Source: a virus
IMG/VR virus record: IMGVR_UViG_3300002858_000001
Location: 1-43,457 of that record
Length of the DNA: 43,457 bases
Strand: one strand, 5' to 3'
Part shown: piece after piece, positions 24,091 through 34,600 of the stretch
Layout: each line of letters begins with the position of its first letter
Numbering within the stretch: the first letter of the stretch is position 1
Made by a program: the position numbers and the translations under genes
The notes under the pieces: model-generated
Told to the model about the DNA's origin: nothing
The model's input: the letters and a program-made list of their open reading frames with translations, nothing else
The model's database searches: none

Positions 24091-24768
24091 ATGGTGGGCA
24101 GCCTGCAGTTTCAGGCCGCATTGGCTGGCAACCTGGACGGCTTCCAAAGTGATGTGCGCGCGGCCGTGGCCGAAGCCGGGCGCAGCACGCTGGACTCCAT
24201 CAAGGACAAGGGGCTGGTGCGGTTGCGCGGCTCCCTGCGTGATGCGGGGCTGGGCATGCTGGACAAGTCATGGCGTGCGGAGATCTACCCGCGCGATGGT
24301 AAGGCCATCGAGCCTGCCATCCTGTTTTATTCCAAGGCCGACCAGATTGTGCGCGCCAATGAGGGCGAAACCATCCGGGCGGGCAATGGCAAGAAACTGG
24401 CAATTCCAATACCGGGGAGCCCGGCCGAAAATTTCCCAAACCCGCGTGGCCCTGAAACCAAGGTGGATTATGCGCGCCAGAAATTCGGGGACCGCCTGTT
24501 TGTGATCCCGGCGAACCGGGTTCGCCCGGCGATCCTTGCCGCCGAAGGCGTGGGCCTGACCAAAACCGGCCGGGTGACACTCCGCAAAAAGACGAAAACA
24601 GGCAAGTGGGGCAAAGGCACCGCCACAATTTTCCTTTTCTGGCTGGTTGACGAGGCGGTGATGCAGCAGCGGCTGGATGTTGCGGCCGATTTTGAACGGA
24701 TTTCGCGGGAGTTCGAGAGCGAATACCCGCGCCAGCTGGCCAATGCGATCAAGCGCGCCGGATTGTAG
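24091..24768 (+). CDS. Hypothetical head-tail connector-region protein
   Basis: 225-aa ORF. ATG lies 1 nt after the upstream stop. Confidence 0.6.
   Translation: MVGSLQFQAALAGNLDGFQSDVRAAVAEAGRSTLDSIKDKGLVRLRGSLRDAGLGMLDKSWRAEIYPRDGKAIEPAILFYSKADQIVRANEGETIRAGNGKKLAIPIPGSPAENFPNPRGPETKVDYARQKFGDRLFVIPANRVRPAILAAEGVGLTKTGRVTLRKKTKTGKWGKGTATIFLFWLVDEAVMQQRLDVAADFERISREFESEYPRQLANAIKRAGL
24511..24525. repeat. Dispersed palindrome copy 6 (GCGAACCGGGTTCGC)
   Basis: Inside CDS 24091..24768. Read as A-N-R-V-R-P. Confidence 0.9.
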
Positions 24769-24779
24769 GAGCACAAACC

Positions 24780-25256
24780 ATGACAACCAAGATTGAGCGC
24801 GCATATTGCGCCCTTCACGAGCTTCTGGATGCGATGGCGCAGGGGCTTGACGCTATACCGGACAAGGTGCTGCGCAATTCTGTGCTGGCTGAAGTGCTGG
24901 CCGAAAGCCGCACGGGCGTGCGGGGGCTTATGAACCTTGTCGACCAACGCAGCACGGTGGATGCCGAGCTGATTTGTGGCAGTGCGGACGATCAAGAGGT
25001 GGAGTTGATCCAGCCCGCGCGCCTGGAAGTGGTTGTGATTGAGCCAGACCCCCAAAAACGGGACGCGCAGTTTGACCAGATCATGGAGGCGCTGGGGCGC
25101 CTGTTTGTTTCCATGGATGGAACGCTGGGCGGCATCGTTGACGAGGTGCGCGTCAGCCAGCCGCCGGAGCGGTTTGTGCTGAATGGCTATCAAGGCGCCA
25201 AGGCGGCCGCCATCACGATTGAAATGACCTTAACCGCGCCGACTGTGTTCGGCTAA
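24780..25256 (+). CDS. Hypothetical tail-completion-region protein
   Basis: 158-aa ORF in the position of lambda Z/U. Confidence 0.6.
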   Translation: MTTKIERAYCALHELLDAMAQGLDAIPDKVLRNSVLAEVLAESRTGVRGLMNLVDQRSTVDAELICGSADDQEVELIQPARLEVVVIEPDPQKRDAQFDQIMEALGRLFVSMDGTLGGIVDEVRVSQPPERFVLNGYQGAKAAAITIEMTLTAPTVFG

Positions 25257-25271
25257 CAGGAGACTGAGACC

Positions 25272-25529
25272 ATGGCAGACACTGACAAAACGCCGGGCCC
25301 GGCATCGATGACCGCAGGCAGCGGCGCCAAGCCTTCCAACCCGGCACCCGCCCCTGCGGTGCAGGAAAAGCGCGCGGTTTTGACCGCATTTCATGGCGAC
25401 ACGCCGCCCGGCCGCGTTGTTCGCGGTGCCCCGGCCCTGATTGACAGTCTGGTGGCCGATGGCAAGGCGCGAGTTGCCACGCAGCGGGACGTAAATCTGG
25501 CCGGTGGCCGCGTCATTGGCATCAAGTAA
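25272..25529 (+). CDS. Hypothetical small protein
   Basis: 85-aa ORF with SD AGGAG upstream. Confidence 0.55.
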   Translation: MADTDKTPGPASMTAGSGAKPSNPAPAPAVQEKRAVLTAFHGDTPPGRVVRGAPALIDSLVADGKARVATQRDVNLAGGRVIGIK

Positions 25530-25577
25530 GGCCGCGCCCCTTTCATCACTTCACGGACAACACAAGGAATTCAAGCC

Positions 25578-26561
25578 ATGGGCACTTTGCAGGGCAAAAA
25601 ACTGATCATGACGGGCGCGTTTCAATCCGATTTTGAGACGCCCGCGAGCGCCGGGGCGGTCCAGCTGCCCTATTATGACGAAAGCCTGCAGCCCGGCGAA
25701 GGGCTGGAGTCGGACCCCGAAATCCGCCCGGATGTTCACAACGAGCGGGATATGACAACGCCCGCGCCATCCCTTCCGAACCCTTCCGGCAATGTCACGG
25801 TGGGCATTGATCTGAATTGCATTGCATTCTGGTTGAAAGGGCTGCTGGGCGATCCTGTCACCACGGGCACCGAGGACCCTTACACGCACGTTTTCACGTC
25901 TGGCAAGGATGACCTGCCAGCGGCCACGCTGGAAATTCCGCTGGGCGAAAACCGCTGGAAAGGCGTTATTGGCGCGATGGTCAACAGCCTCAATTTCAGC
26001 TTTGACAAGGAGGCCGGTTACAAGCGCGCCCAGCTGGGGCTGGTGGCGCGTGAGGTGCGCGACATCAAGGGTGCGGGCAATTCCCTGTTTGATGGCCAGA
26101 CGCCTGATGTGTGGAACCGGGTGAAGGCGGCGGCCACGCTGGCCACGTTCGCCGTGGACGGGGTATCGCTGGGGCGCTGCGTGGGTGGCAGCTTCAACTA
26201 TTCCAACAATCTGCAGCCGGAGAATTTTGCGGATGGCTCCCGCTTCCCGGCCGCCATGTTTGCCGGTGATGCTTCGGCCGAAATCACGCCGCGCATCCGG
26301 CTGGACAAGACGGCGGCCGCCAATGCCGCCCTGGACAAGTTCCAAGGCGAGTCCGGCACCCCGTTTGAAGCGTCTGTGTCGGTGCCGATCAGCGCCAGCC
26401 GTTCGCTGGTGTTCACCATGCCGCGCTGCTATGGCGAACGCATCAGCCCGGCCGTTGGCGGGGTGGGCCCGGTGGAGTTCCAAGGCCGCATCGTGGCCAC
26501 GCAGGGCGCAGCGGCCCCGGCCATGACCGTCACGCTGGTCAATGAACTGGACGCGTTCTGA
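25578..26561 (+). CDS. Major tail (tube) protein
   Basis: 327 aa, directly upstream of the G/GT chaperone pair and tape measure. The call is positional. Confidence 0.65.
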   Translation: MGTLQGKKLIMTGAFQSDFETPASAGAVQLPYYDESLQPGEGLESDPEIRPDVHNERDMTTPAPSLPNPSGNVTVGIDLNCIAFWLKGLLGDPVTTGTEDPYTHVFTSGKDDLPAATLEIPLGENRWKGVIGAMVNSLNFSFDKEAGYKRAQLGLVAREVRDIKGAGNSLFDGQTPDVWNRVKAAATLATFAVDGVSLGRCVGGSFNYSNNLQPENFADGSRFPAAMFAGDASAEITPRIRLDKTAAANAALDKFQGESGTPFEASVSVPISASRSLVFTMPRCYGERISPAVGGVGPVEFQGRIVATQGAAAPAMTVTLVNELDAF

Positions 26562-27013
26562 TGGGGCGCTCGCTGAAACGTAAAACGCGCGATTGGGTCA
26601 CCCTAGTGGGTGACCCTGCGCAGGGCGATGCGGTGGAGTTCCATATGCGCCCGGCCAGTGCCATGGAATGGGAGCTGGCGCTGGAACGCGCTGGCAAGGC
26701 CGCCCGTGGCCTGCATGATGCCGATGACGTGCGCCAGTCATATGGTCTGGATGAACTGCCACCGGAGGCCTTGGTGGAAGACACCGACGCCAGCATTGGC
26801 GTGGCCACAACGCTGCAGGCCACGGAGTTGGCCATGCTGGTGGCAACGGATTGGCGCGGCTTTGTGGCTGAGAATGGCGAGCCGGAACCCTTCACCCGGC
26901 GCAATGTTGCGCTGGCAATGAGCGATTGGCACCGGGGCAAATCCTTGGCGCAGTATTTCCTGCAGCTGGCGCTGGCGCCGATATTCGAGGCCAGCACTGA
27001 GGGAAAGCCTTAA
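26561..27013 (+). CDS. Tail assembly chaperone (gpG-like)
   Basis: 150 aa. TGATG overlap with the tube gene. Ends 4 nt after the slippery heptamer. Confidence 0.8.
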   Translation: MGRSLKRKTRDWVTLVGDPAQGDAVEFHMRPASAMEWELALERAGKAARGLHDADDVRQSYGLDELPPEALVEDTDASIGVATTLQATELAMLVATDWRGFVAENGEPEPFTRRNVALAMSDWHRGKSLAQYFLQLALAPIFEASTEGKP

Positions 27014-27387
27014 GGCGCCGCGCCGACTATTTCTGGGGTGGCGGCGCCCAAATCTGCAAAGGGTGCCGCGACCTTGGCTGGCCATGCGCCAGTGGAAAGC
27101 GGAACACGGACGGCAGTATTTGCCCAGTGGATGATTTCGCGCCCGATACGCCGGAAGGCGCAGCCAGCTGGCGGGCCTGCCAGTCGGAGGGTGTCTGGCG
27201 TTATTCCGGGGTGGTGTCAGTGCATGGGGGCAGCGTGATCTGCACCGGCCTGGACTTCATGGCGGCGCTGGCCTTGGCCGATCCTGACCGCGCCTTGCGG
27301 CGGGAGGTGGTCATGGCCTGCCTGAAAGCAATTGAAACCGGCCGCCTGACGGGTCAGGCGCGCGCGGCAGAAAGGGGTGCCAACTAG
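26561..27387 (+). CDS. Tail assembly chaperone G-T fusion (via -1 frameshift at 27007)
   Basis: The -1 frame continues GCC TTA AGG ... and includes the annotated ORF 27127..27387. It ends 1 nt before the tape-measure ATG. Confidence 0.7.
27001..27007 (+). promoter_or_regulatory. -1 programmed ribosomal frameshift site G_GGA_AAG
   Basis: The heptamer is phased X_XXY_YYZ in the gpG frame (codons GGA 27002, AAG 27005). The -1 frame is open from 27001 to the TAG at 27385..27387. Confidence 0.8.
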
Positions 27388-30033
27388 ATGGCGAACCGCA
27401 ACAATGAAGTGAGCCTCCGCCTAAGCGTGAAGGGCCGCGACGAACTAATCAGCACCATGAAAGACATGGGCGGCGAGTATGAGAAAGCCGCCCGCAAGAT
27501 TGAGGCCGGATCGCGCAAGGCCAATACCGGCATGAAAGCCGTGGACAAGACGGCCAAGGAATTGAATGGCAGCATTCAGGGCATGGCTGCGCGAGGCGGT
27601 TCATTGACCAGCGTGCTGGCAGGTTTGGGCCCGGTGGGCGCGGCCGCGGGCGCTGGTCTGGCGGCCATCGGTGTGGCGCTGGCCGGGGCCATGCGGATTT
27701 CACGGGAGGCAATTTCGGCGTTTGACCAGATTGGCAAGTCGGCTGACACCCTGCTTTTGTCAACAGACGCTTTTCAGGCCTTGAATTCGGCCGCGATTGA
27801 TGAGGGCGTGAACTTCGCCAAAGTGGAACAAGCCGTCCGGGCACTGGATAAGCGGCATTCCGAACTGGCGGCAAACCAAGGCGAACTTTACACCCGGCTA
27901 AAGGACATCAACCCCGAACTGGTGGAGATGTTGCGCAACACGGTGGATAATGACGCGCGCTTGCGCATCATGACCACGGCGCTGCAGCAGGCCGAGACGG
28001 CCACGCAGCGGTCCACAATCGCCTATGCGGCCTTTGGTGAGGGCGGCGCAGATGTGGCGCGCATGCTTGTCAGGCAGGCGGATGGGATGGACGGCATGAT
28101 CGCCCGCGCCAAGGAATTGGGTCTGGTGGTTGACGAGGACTTGATCCGGTCAGCGGAAGACATGGAAAACCAGTTTGGCCAAGCGTCAAAGGTAATCGAC
28201 CTGCAACTGAAAACGGCCTTTGTGGAACTGGCGCCCATCATGCTGGAGTCGGCCAAGTTAATGGCCGATGTGGCCACCATGATTGCGGGCGTATCGCAAG
28301 CCGCGCTGGAGTTCGATAAGCGCACGGACGAGTCCATCGCTGCGCGCCTGGAAGACTTGACGCAGAAAATGCTGGATTTCGGCGCATCCAAGGAGGCCGT
28401 CGACAAGGCGCTGGCCACCGGCTTGCCGTTGGAGGCTTCGGAGTTCGATGCCGTCACGCGCATGTTGGCCGGTGATCAGGTGGAAAAGTTCAACGCGCTG
28501 ACGCTGGAAATGGTGACGCGCGGCGAGCGTGACCGCCAGCGGGCAACGGGCGAGATCCGGCGCCGTATGACCACGGAGCAGCTGGAAGCCGAACGCGAAG
28601 CGCTGCGCGATCATCTGGCGCAAATGGATGCCATGACAACGCAGCAGCGCCAGTCGGGTGAAATCGGATTGGTGGAGGACCCGTTCGCGCCAGACCGGGC
28701 CGAGGCCCAGCGCGTGCTGGCGCAGATCAATGCGGAGATTGACCGGCGCGGCACCAGCGGGCGCGCGGGTTCGGATGCTGAGACGGACGCCCGCGCGGAA
28801 GCCGAACGCAACCGACTGCGCGCCGAAGCCGTCCGCCTGCAGAAAGAGTTGGGCGATTACACGGCCCATGTGGCAGAGAAAACCGAGCGTTGGCAGGCCA
28901 TGCTGGATGCCGGTTTCATCACGCAGCAGCAATATGACGCGGCCGTCAAAAGCCTTAAGGACGAGTTGTCTGGGGTGGCTGATGCGCAAGAGCGCTGGGC
29001 TAAGCTGATCGAGGATAGCATGTCGCCAACGGCGGCCGTGCGCCTGCAAATTTCGGCGTTGAACGCAGACCATGAGGCGGGCCGCATCAATGCCGAAATG
29101 CACGCCAAGGCGCTGGAAGAATTGAACCGGCAACTGGCCGAAGCGGCGCAAGGTGAGTTGGAGGCAAAGCCCGGCTGGAGTGATGCTGAAACCATCCGGG
29201 CCGATCTGGACTCGGCCGCCACGGATGCGATGACGCCAGCCGAAAAGCTGGCCAAGGAAACCGAGCGGGTCAATGCTCTGGTGTCTGATGGTGTTCTGGA
29301 AGGCAAGGACGCCACCGATTGGCTGGAATTGTATGGCAAGCGCTTGGAAGAAACCGCCGAAAAAAGCCGGATGCTGACCAGCGCCGAGGAGTTGCTGGAT
29401 GGCGTGCAGGCCGGGCGCATCCAGACGCTGGATGATCTGGGGCGGGCCTTTTCGGCCATGCTAATCAAGATGGTGCAGGAATACCTGACCGCCCAGCAAT
29501 CCATGAAGGGCGGCTCGTTCCTGGACTTCCTGATGGGGGGCGGCCAAGGCGGCGCCGGGGCTGGTGGCGATGGCGGAGGCGGCTTCCTGTCATCCATTGG
29601 GTCATTTTTCGGGTTCGGGTCTGCCGGGCAATCGCACTCTGGCGGCGCGGGAAATCGCCCGCCGAACCGGCGCCCCTTGGCTGGGGCGATGTATCCCGGC
29701 GAAGGCCTGACCGTGGTGCAGGACTCGGAAACCATTCTGACCGCATCCGGCCGCATGAATATTGCCGGGCAAATTCAGGCCATGGCTTCCGAGCGCCAGC
29801 AAATGGCCGGGCTGGTCAGCCAGATGGCGGCCGGGCGCGGCACCGGCGCGGCCGGGGTGAACGTCAACGTCAACAATTATGCGGGCGCTGACGTTGAAGT
29901 CACGCGAAGCGAAGGCCCGGACGGGCCGGAAGTAAGCGTCGACATCAAGGGCAAGCTAAAGGAAATGGCAGACGGCGGAGTATTTGATGCGCCGTTTAAG
30001 CGCCGTTACGGCCTGACGCCAGCGGGGGCTTGA
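27388..30033 (+). CDS. Tail tape measure protein
   Basis: 881 aa, largely helical/coiled-coil, with a Gly-rich segment GGGQGGAGAGGDGGGG. Position after G/GT. Confidence 0.9.
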   Translation: MANRNNEVSLRLSVKGRDELISTMKDMGGEYEKAARKIEAGSRKANTGMKAVDKTAKELNGSIQGMAARGGSLTSVLAGLGPVGAAAGAGLAAIGVALAGAMRISREAISAFDQIGKSADTLLLSTDAFQALNSAAIDEGVNFAKVEQAVRALDKRHSELAANQGELYTRLKDINPELVEMLRNTVDNDARLRIMTTALQQAETATQRSTIAYAAFGEGGADVARMLVRQADGMDGMIARAKELGLVVDEDLIRSAEDMENQFGQASKVIDLQLKTAFVELAPIMLESAKLMADVATMIAGVSQAALEFDKRTDESIAARLEDLTQKMLDFGASKEAVDKALATGLPLEASEFDAVTRMLAGDQVEKFNALTLEMVTRGERDRQRATGEIRRRMTTEQLEAEREALRDHLAQMDAMTTQQRQSGEIGLVEDPFAPDRAEAQRVLAQINAEIDRRGTSGRAGSDAETDARAEAERNRLRAEAVRLQKELGDYTAHVAEKTERWQAMLDAGFITQQQYDAAVKSLKDELSGVADAQERWAKLIEDSMSPTAAVRLQISALNADHEAGRINAEMHAKALEELNRQLAEAAQGELEAKPGWSDAETIRADLDSAATDAMTPAEKLAKETERVNALVSDGVLEGKDATDWLELYGKRLEETAEKSRMLTSAEELLDGVQAGRIQTLDDLGRAFSAMLIKMVQEYLTAQQSMKGGSFLDFLMGGGQGGAGAGGDGGGGFLSSIGSFFGFGSAGQSHSGGAGNRPPNRRPLAGAMYPGEGLTVVQDSETILTASGRMNIAGQIQAMASERQQMAGLVSQMAAGRGTGAAGVNVNVNNYAGADVEVTRSEGPDGPEVSVDIKGKLKEMADGGVFDAPFKRRYGLTPAGA

Positions 30034-30034
30034 T

Positions 30035-30796
30035 ATGATCGCACCAATTGACTGGCCGGTGGGTGTGCCCGCGAAGCTGTCACGCACCGGATACACGCGC
30101 ACGCCGCAGGATGTGGTGCAGCGTCTCAAAATGGACGCGGGCCCACCCCTGCGGCGCCTGATCGCTGGGGCGGCCGGGCAAAGCGTCAAGGGCACGCTGG
30201 CCATGACAAGCGCGCAGGCCGATGCCTTCGAGGCGTGGTACGGGTCAGACCTGGACCGGGGTCTGGTGCGGTTCAACTGGAACATTACCGACAATGGTGC
30301 GGCCGTGGTGGCGCGCTTCGCCAGCCAGCCAAAGCTGACCCGGCAGGGCGGCCGGTTCGCCTATGCCGTGGAGATCGATTGCGCACCGGCCAGCCCCAGC
30401 CTTGCCCAGCTTGCGGCACTGGCCGCCATCGAGGATGCCGGGCCCGGCGTCTGGCCTGCGTCTGTTCCGTTCCATCCGTTGCGGTCTGGCTATGCCAAGG
30501 CGCGCGAGGATGGCGTGCTGCGCAGCCCGGCCGAAGGCCCGCACCGGCAGGCGCTTGTTTCGCGTGCGGACGGGTCTGTCATGGACACGGCGCTGCGCCT
30601 GACCACGCAACAGCTGGCTGACTTCGAGGCGTGGTTTGCCACGGACGCTGCCTTTGGCCTGCGCGATACCTATTTTCCCGCGCCGGAAGGCGGCCAGATG
30701 CTGGGGCATTTTCAGGAAAGCTACAAGGTGGCGCCATCCAGCCGGTCAGCTGACTGGCAAGTAACGTTCAAACTTTATCTGGAGGCCGTGCAGTGA
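30035..30796 (+). CDS. Minor/distal tail protein with internal duplication
   Basis: 253 aa. Two related segments: LAMTSAQADAFEAWYGSDLDRGL and LRLTTQQLADFEAWFATDAAFGL. Confidence 0.65.
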   Translation: MIAPIDWPVGVPAKLSRTGYTRTPQDVVQRLKMDAGPPLRRLIAGAAGQSVKGTLAMTSAQADAFEAWYGSDLDRGLVRFNWNITDNGAAVVARFASQPKLTRQGGRFAYAVEIDCAPASPSLAQLAALAAIEDAGPGVWPASVPFHPLRSGYAKAREDGVLRSPAEGPHRQALVSRADGSVMDTALRLTTQQLADFEAWFATDAAFGLRDTYFPAPEGGQMLGHFQESYKVAPSSRSADWQVTFKLYLEAVQ

Positions 30797-31263
30797 CCGC
30801 GCGCATTGTTACCCGCATTCCCATCTGGCTGGCGATCATATCGCACGCAGACCTTGCAAGCCTGCATGGCCGTGTCGATGCGATTGACGCCAATGGCGTT
30901 TTGCGGGTGGCTGACTGGCGCGAGGACGTGGTGTCAAAGGGGCAAACCTTTGCGGCGGCCCATTTCCGGGTGAAGCCGCCCGGCCAAGGGGACTCGGCGG
31001 GCACCATCGGCCTGACCATCGATAATGTGGACAGTCGCATCACGTATGCAATTGAGACCCTGACCGAGCCGCCGCTGGTGACCATTGCCCGCATATTCGC
31101 GCACGACCCCGATACATGGGTTTCAGAATTCCCAGATTATGAGATGACCACGGCCAGCTGGAATGCGCGCGAAGTGGAGGCCGGTATCGGGCGTCCGCGC
31201 ACCGATGGGCCGTTAATCGGAATTACCAATAACCCGGCTGATTTCCCGGCTGGCTATGTATAG
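30793..31263 (+). CDS. Minor tail protein (DUF1833-like)
   Basis: GTG start overlaps the upstream stop (GTGA), with GGAGG upstream. FAAAHFRVKPPGQGDSAGTIGLTIDNVDSRI resembles DUF1833. Confidence 0.6.
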   Translation: MTARIVTRIPIWLAIISHADLASLHGRVDAIDANGVLRVADWREDVVSKGQTFAAAHFRVKPPGQGDSAGTIGLTIDNVDSRITYAIETLTEPPLVTIARIFAHDPDTWVSEFPDYEMTTASWNAREVEAGIGRPRTDGPLIGITNNPADFPAGYV

Positions 31264-31666
31264 GCTTGACTGGCTGGCGGGTGTCATCGGTACGCCCTGG
31301 ACTTTGCGCGGCCGAGATCCGCAACGCGGCTGGGACTGCCTTGGCTGCGCCGAAGTCGGCCAATCCCTGATGCTGGGAACGCCCGAAATCAACTCGCTGG
31401 GGCTGTATGCGGATGATGACCGCAGCAACCCGGCCGCCTTGTTCAAGGCCCATTATGATGCAGGCCTGCCCCTGTATCGCCAAGCCCCGCCCAGAACGCG
31501 CGGCGCAATTGTTCTTTTCCGGCTGGCAAGGCGCCCTATCCATTGCGGCCTTTACCTTGGCGACGGCCGCTTCCTGCATGCCAGTGAAAAAGCCAATACG
31601 ATCATTTCAGATATGAGCGACCCCGATTATGCGCGAGCCGAGTCCGAATATTTCCTCCCGGCGTAA
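31256..31666 (+). CDS. NlpC/P60-family tail peptidase (gpK-like)
   Basis: RGWDCLGCAEVGQ (catalytic Cys context) and IHCGLYLGDGRFLHA (His). Confidence 0.75.
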   Translation: MYRLDWLAGVIGTPWTLRGRDPQRGWDCLGCAEVGQSLMLGTPEINSLGLYADDDRSNPAALFKAHYDAGLPLYRQAPPRTRGAIVLFRLARRPIHCGLYLGDGRFLHASEKANTIISDMSDPDYARAESEYFLPA

Positions 31667-34600
31667 ATCGTCAGCACTGCCCCTAAAGGCGGTGCTGCGC
31701 GCCGACCCGTTCGATCCGAAACCGCCCCGGCTGGTGGATGTGCGCGCCGGAGAAACGCTTGCCCAGCTGGTTGACCGCATCGGCCTTGATCCGATTACGC
31801 GGCCGCTGGCCGTGGCTGTCATCGATGGCAAGGAAGTGCCGGAGTCCGATTGGGGCAAGGTGCGCCTGCGCGATGGCGTGCATGTGGCAATCTGCATTGC
31901 GCCGCAGGGCGGCGGGGATGATGGCAACAAGCTGCTGACCACGGTGCTGACCATCTTTGTGATGGTGGCGGCGTTCTGGATTTCCGGGGGTGCACTGGCG
32001 CCCTATCTGGGCGCGGCGTTCGAGGCGGGCAAGGCGGGCGCGGTCATTGCGGGCGCGGCGGTATCGGCTGTCGGGTCTTTGGCCATCAGCGCGCTGGTGC
32101 CGCCACCGCAGGCGCCCGAACAAGACAAGATCAACCAAGTTTATGCCGTGGACGGCGCATCCAACAGGTTTGTGCCGTTCGACCCCATCATCCTAAGCGT
32201 GGGCACGCGCCGCGTGTTTCCGCGTCAGGTGGCGCGCGGGTATCAGGAATTAGTTGGTGACGACTTTTATTACCGCATGGTGGTGGAGTGGGGCCCCATC
32301 GGCGTGGCGCTGTCTGACATCAAGGTGGGTGAAACGCCTATTGAGAATATTGACGGCGTGCAGATGCAGCACCGGCTTACGGCCGATGATCCGCACCCCA
32401 CGCTATACCCGGCGCAAGTGTTTCAGGAGGAAGTCGGGGCCGCCCTGGAAAGCGCAAGCGATTGGGAAGGCCGGACAACCATTCCCGATGCCACGCAAGC
32501 GGCCATTGTTATCGGGTTTCCGGCCGGGCTGGGGCACACATCAAAAAAGGGCAAGTCAGAACAATGGGCCGCGCAGGTGGAGGTGCGGTATCGAAGCGTG
32601 ACCGGCGAACCCGGTTCGCTGGTTTATGGCAGCTGGCAAAGCCCGCCCGGCAATGGGGTGTCATGGCCGACGCGCGGGGGCGTCTATCCCGGCGCGGGCA
32701 AGTATGGTTTCAGTGCAAAGAAACGCAGCCAGCCATTCTTCCGGGCCATCAATTTTGATTTCCCCAGCGCGGGCACCTACGAGGTGCAGGTGCGCCGTTC
32801 CAGCACCAATGAAGATGTGGACACCGACCGCACCTTCGATGACATGACCTTTCAAGTTCTGGAAAGCAGGCGGCCGGGCGTGCCGGTGGCGCGTGACGAC
32901 GTGGCCTATTCGGTTTTCCGGTTCAAGGGCAGCGATGAAACGCAAGGCCGCATCCAGACCATTAACGGTATGGTGTCGCGTCTCATTCCGCGTTTCAATG
33001 ATGCCCTGCTGGATGGCGGCGACCTGTCAACGGCCGGGCCGGAAGACATGACCGCGCCAGCGGCGTCCAGCAATCCGTGGGAAATCATTCTCTGGCTGTA
33101 TCGCAACGGGCTGGATGGGCGCGAGCCCCTGTCTGACAATGCCGTGGACTGGGCTAGTTTGGCCTATGCCGCCAAGGATGCGCGCGACAACGGCTGGACG
33201 TTCGATCATGTGTTTGAGGGCGCGGCCACCATCAGTGAAGCGGTGCAGACAATTGCTTTCAATGCGTGCGGCCGGGCGGCATTCATCGGCAACCGGCTGA
33301 CGGCCGTGGTGGATGGGCCCCAGCTGGCGCCCGTGGCCGTGATTTCTGACCGCAGCGCACGCAATGTCAAAGCGGTGAAGCAACTGTCGCGGCCGCCTGA
33401 TGGCTTCCGGGTCATCTTCGATGATGCCGCAGACGGATACCGCACGCGCGAGGAGCGCGTCTATGTGGGCGACAATACGGCCGCCACGGCGCGCCGGTTC
33501 GAGGAGTTGAAAATTCCGGGGGCGGTGCATTGGGATAATGTGCACCGGCTTGTCGGGCGCAACTATCGCAACAGCCGCATGCAGACCCGGCGCCTGAAAG
33601 CCGAAGTGCCGGTGGATGATCTGGACACGGCCGTGCGCCTTGGCCGGTGGGTGGGTGTGCAGACCAAGGTGGTGGAAGTGGGCCGCGCGGCCGGGTGGAT
33701 ACGCAGCGTCGAGACCAATGGCAGCGGGCACGTCACGGCCGTCATTCTTGACCAGCCTGTCAGCCAGACCGCTGGGGATGATCTGGTGTTGCAATGGAAC
33801 CGGCAGCTTAGCCCGGCCGTGTCCGAACAATTGTCCAGCGCGCTGGAACTGGCACCGGTGGGCGCTGACACTGTGGACGAGCGGGTAGTGTTTGCCAGCC
33901 CTGTCACGGGCGCAGACAAGCCGCAGGCAGGCGATGCTTACACATTCGGCGTTTCCGGCTTTGTGCGCCTTGATGGGCTTGTGGACGATATTGAGGCCAT
34001 CGACCATGAATGGGTGCGCCTGCACATGGTTGATTATGCGCCGGAGCGCTTCGATGAAACCGGGCTGGTCATTCCGGCCTACACCCCGGCATATGAGCGC
34101 CCGGCCTTTATCCGGCCGCCCGAGCTGGAACTGGTGTCGATTGGCCAGAACCTTGACCAGACAACAATTCATTTCCGCATCAAGCCCGGCGATCGCGGGC
34201 AAGCCGTGCGGTTCATTGCTGCGCGCGCGATCGCGCCGGACTCGGGGGATACTGAGGCGGGGGCATGGGATGCGCTGCCAGACCTGCAGGCGGCCGACCG
34301 CCAGCTGGTGGCGCCTGCCGGTCAGGCGGGTGACGCCTTCATATATCGTATTGCGGCGGTGAGCCCTTCCGGCGAGGCGGGGCCTTACCTGCTGGTCGAT
34401 GGCGTGCCCGCCCTGGACACGCTTCCGGCCCCGGATGATGTGCAGGCCGTGGCCAGTATCGAACACGGCGCCACGGGCGGCCAGCGGCCCCTGCTGACCG
34501 TTTCGGCCACGCCGGTGGAGGATGTGCAAATCGTTTCAATGGTCATTGAGGCGCGCCGGGTGGCGCTTGACCTGAATGACGCAAGGCTGCCGGAAGGCGA

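Noticed and set aside
27038-27387. Independent small genes 27038..27238 and 27127..27387 between the chaperone and tape-measure genes.
   Set aside because: They are better explained as the -1 frameshift extension of gpG. The frame is open from 27001, a canonical slippery heptamer is present, neither has an SD, and one relies on a GTG start.
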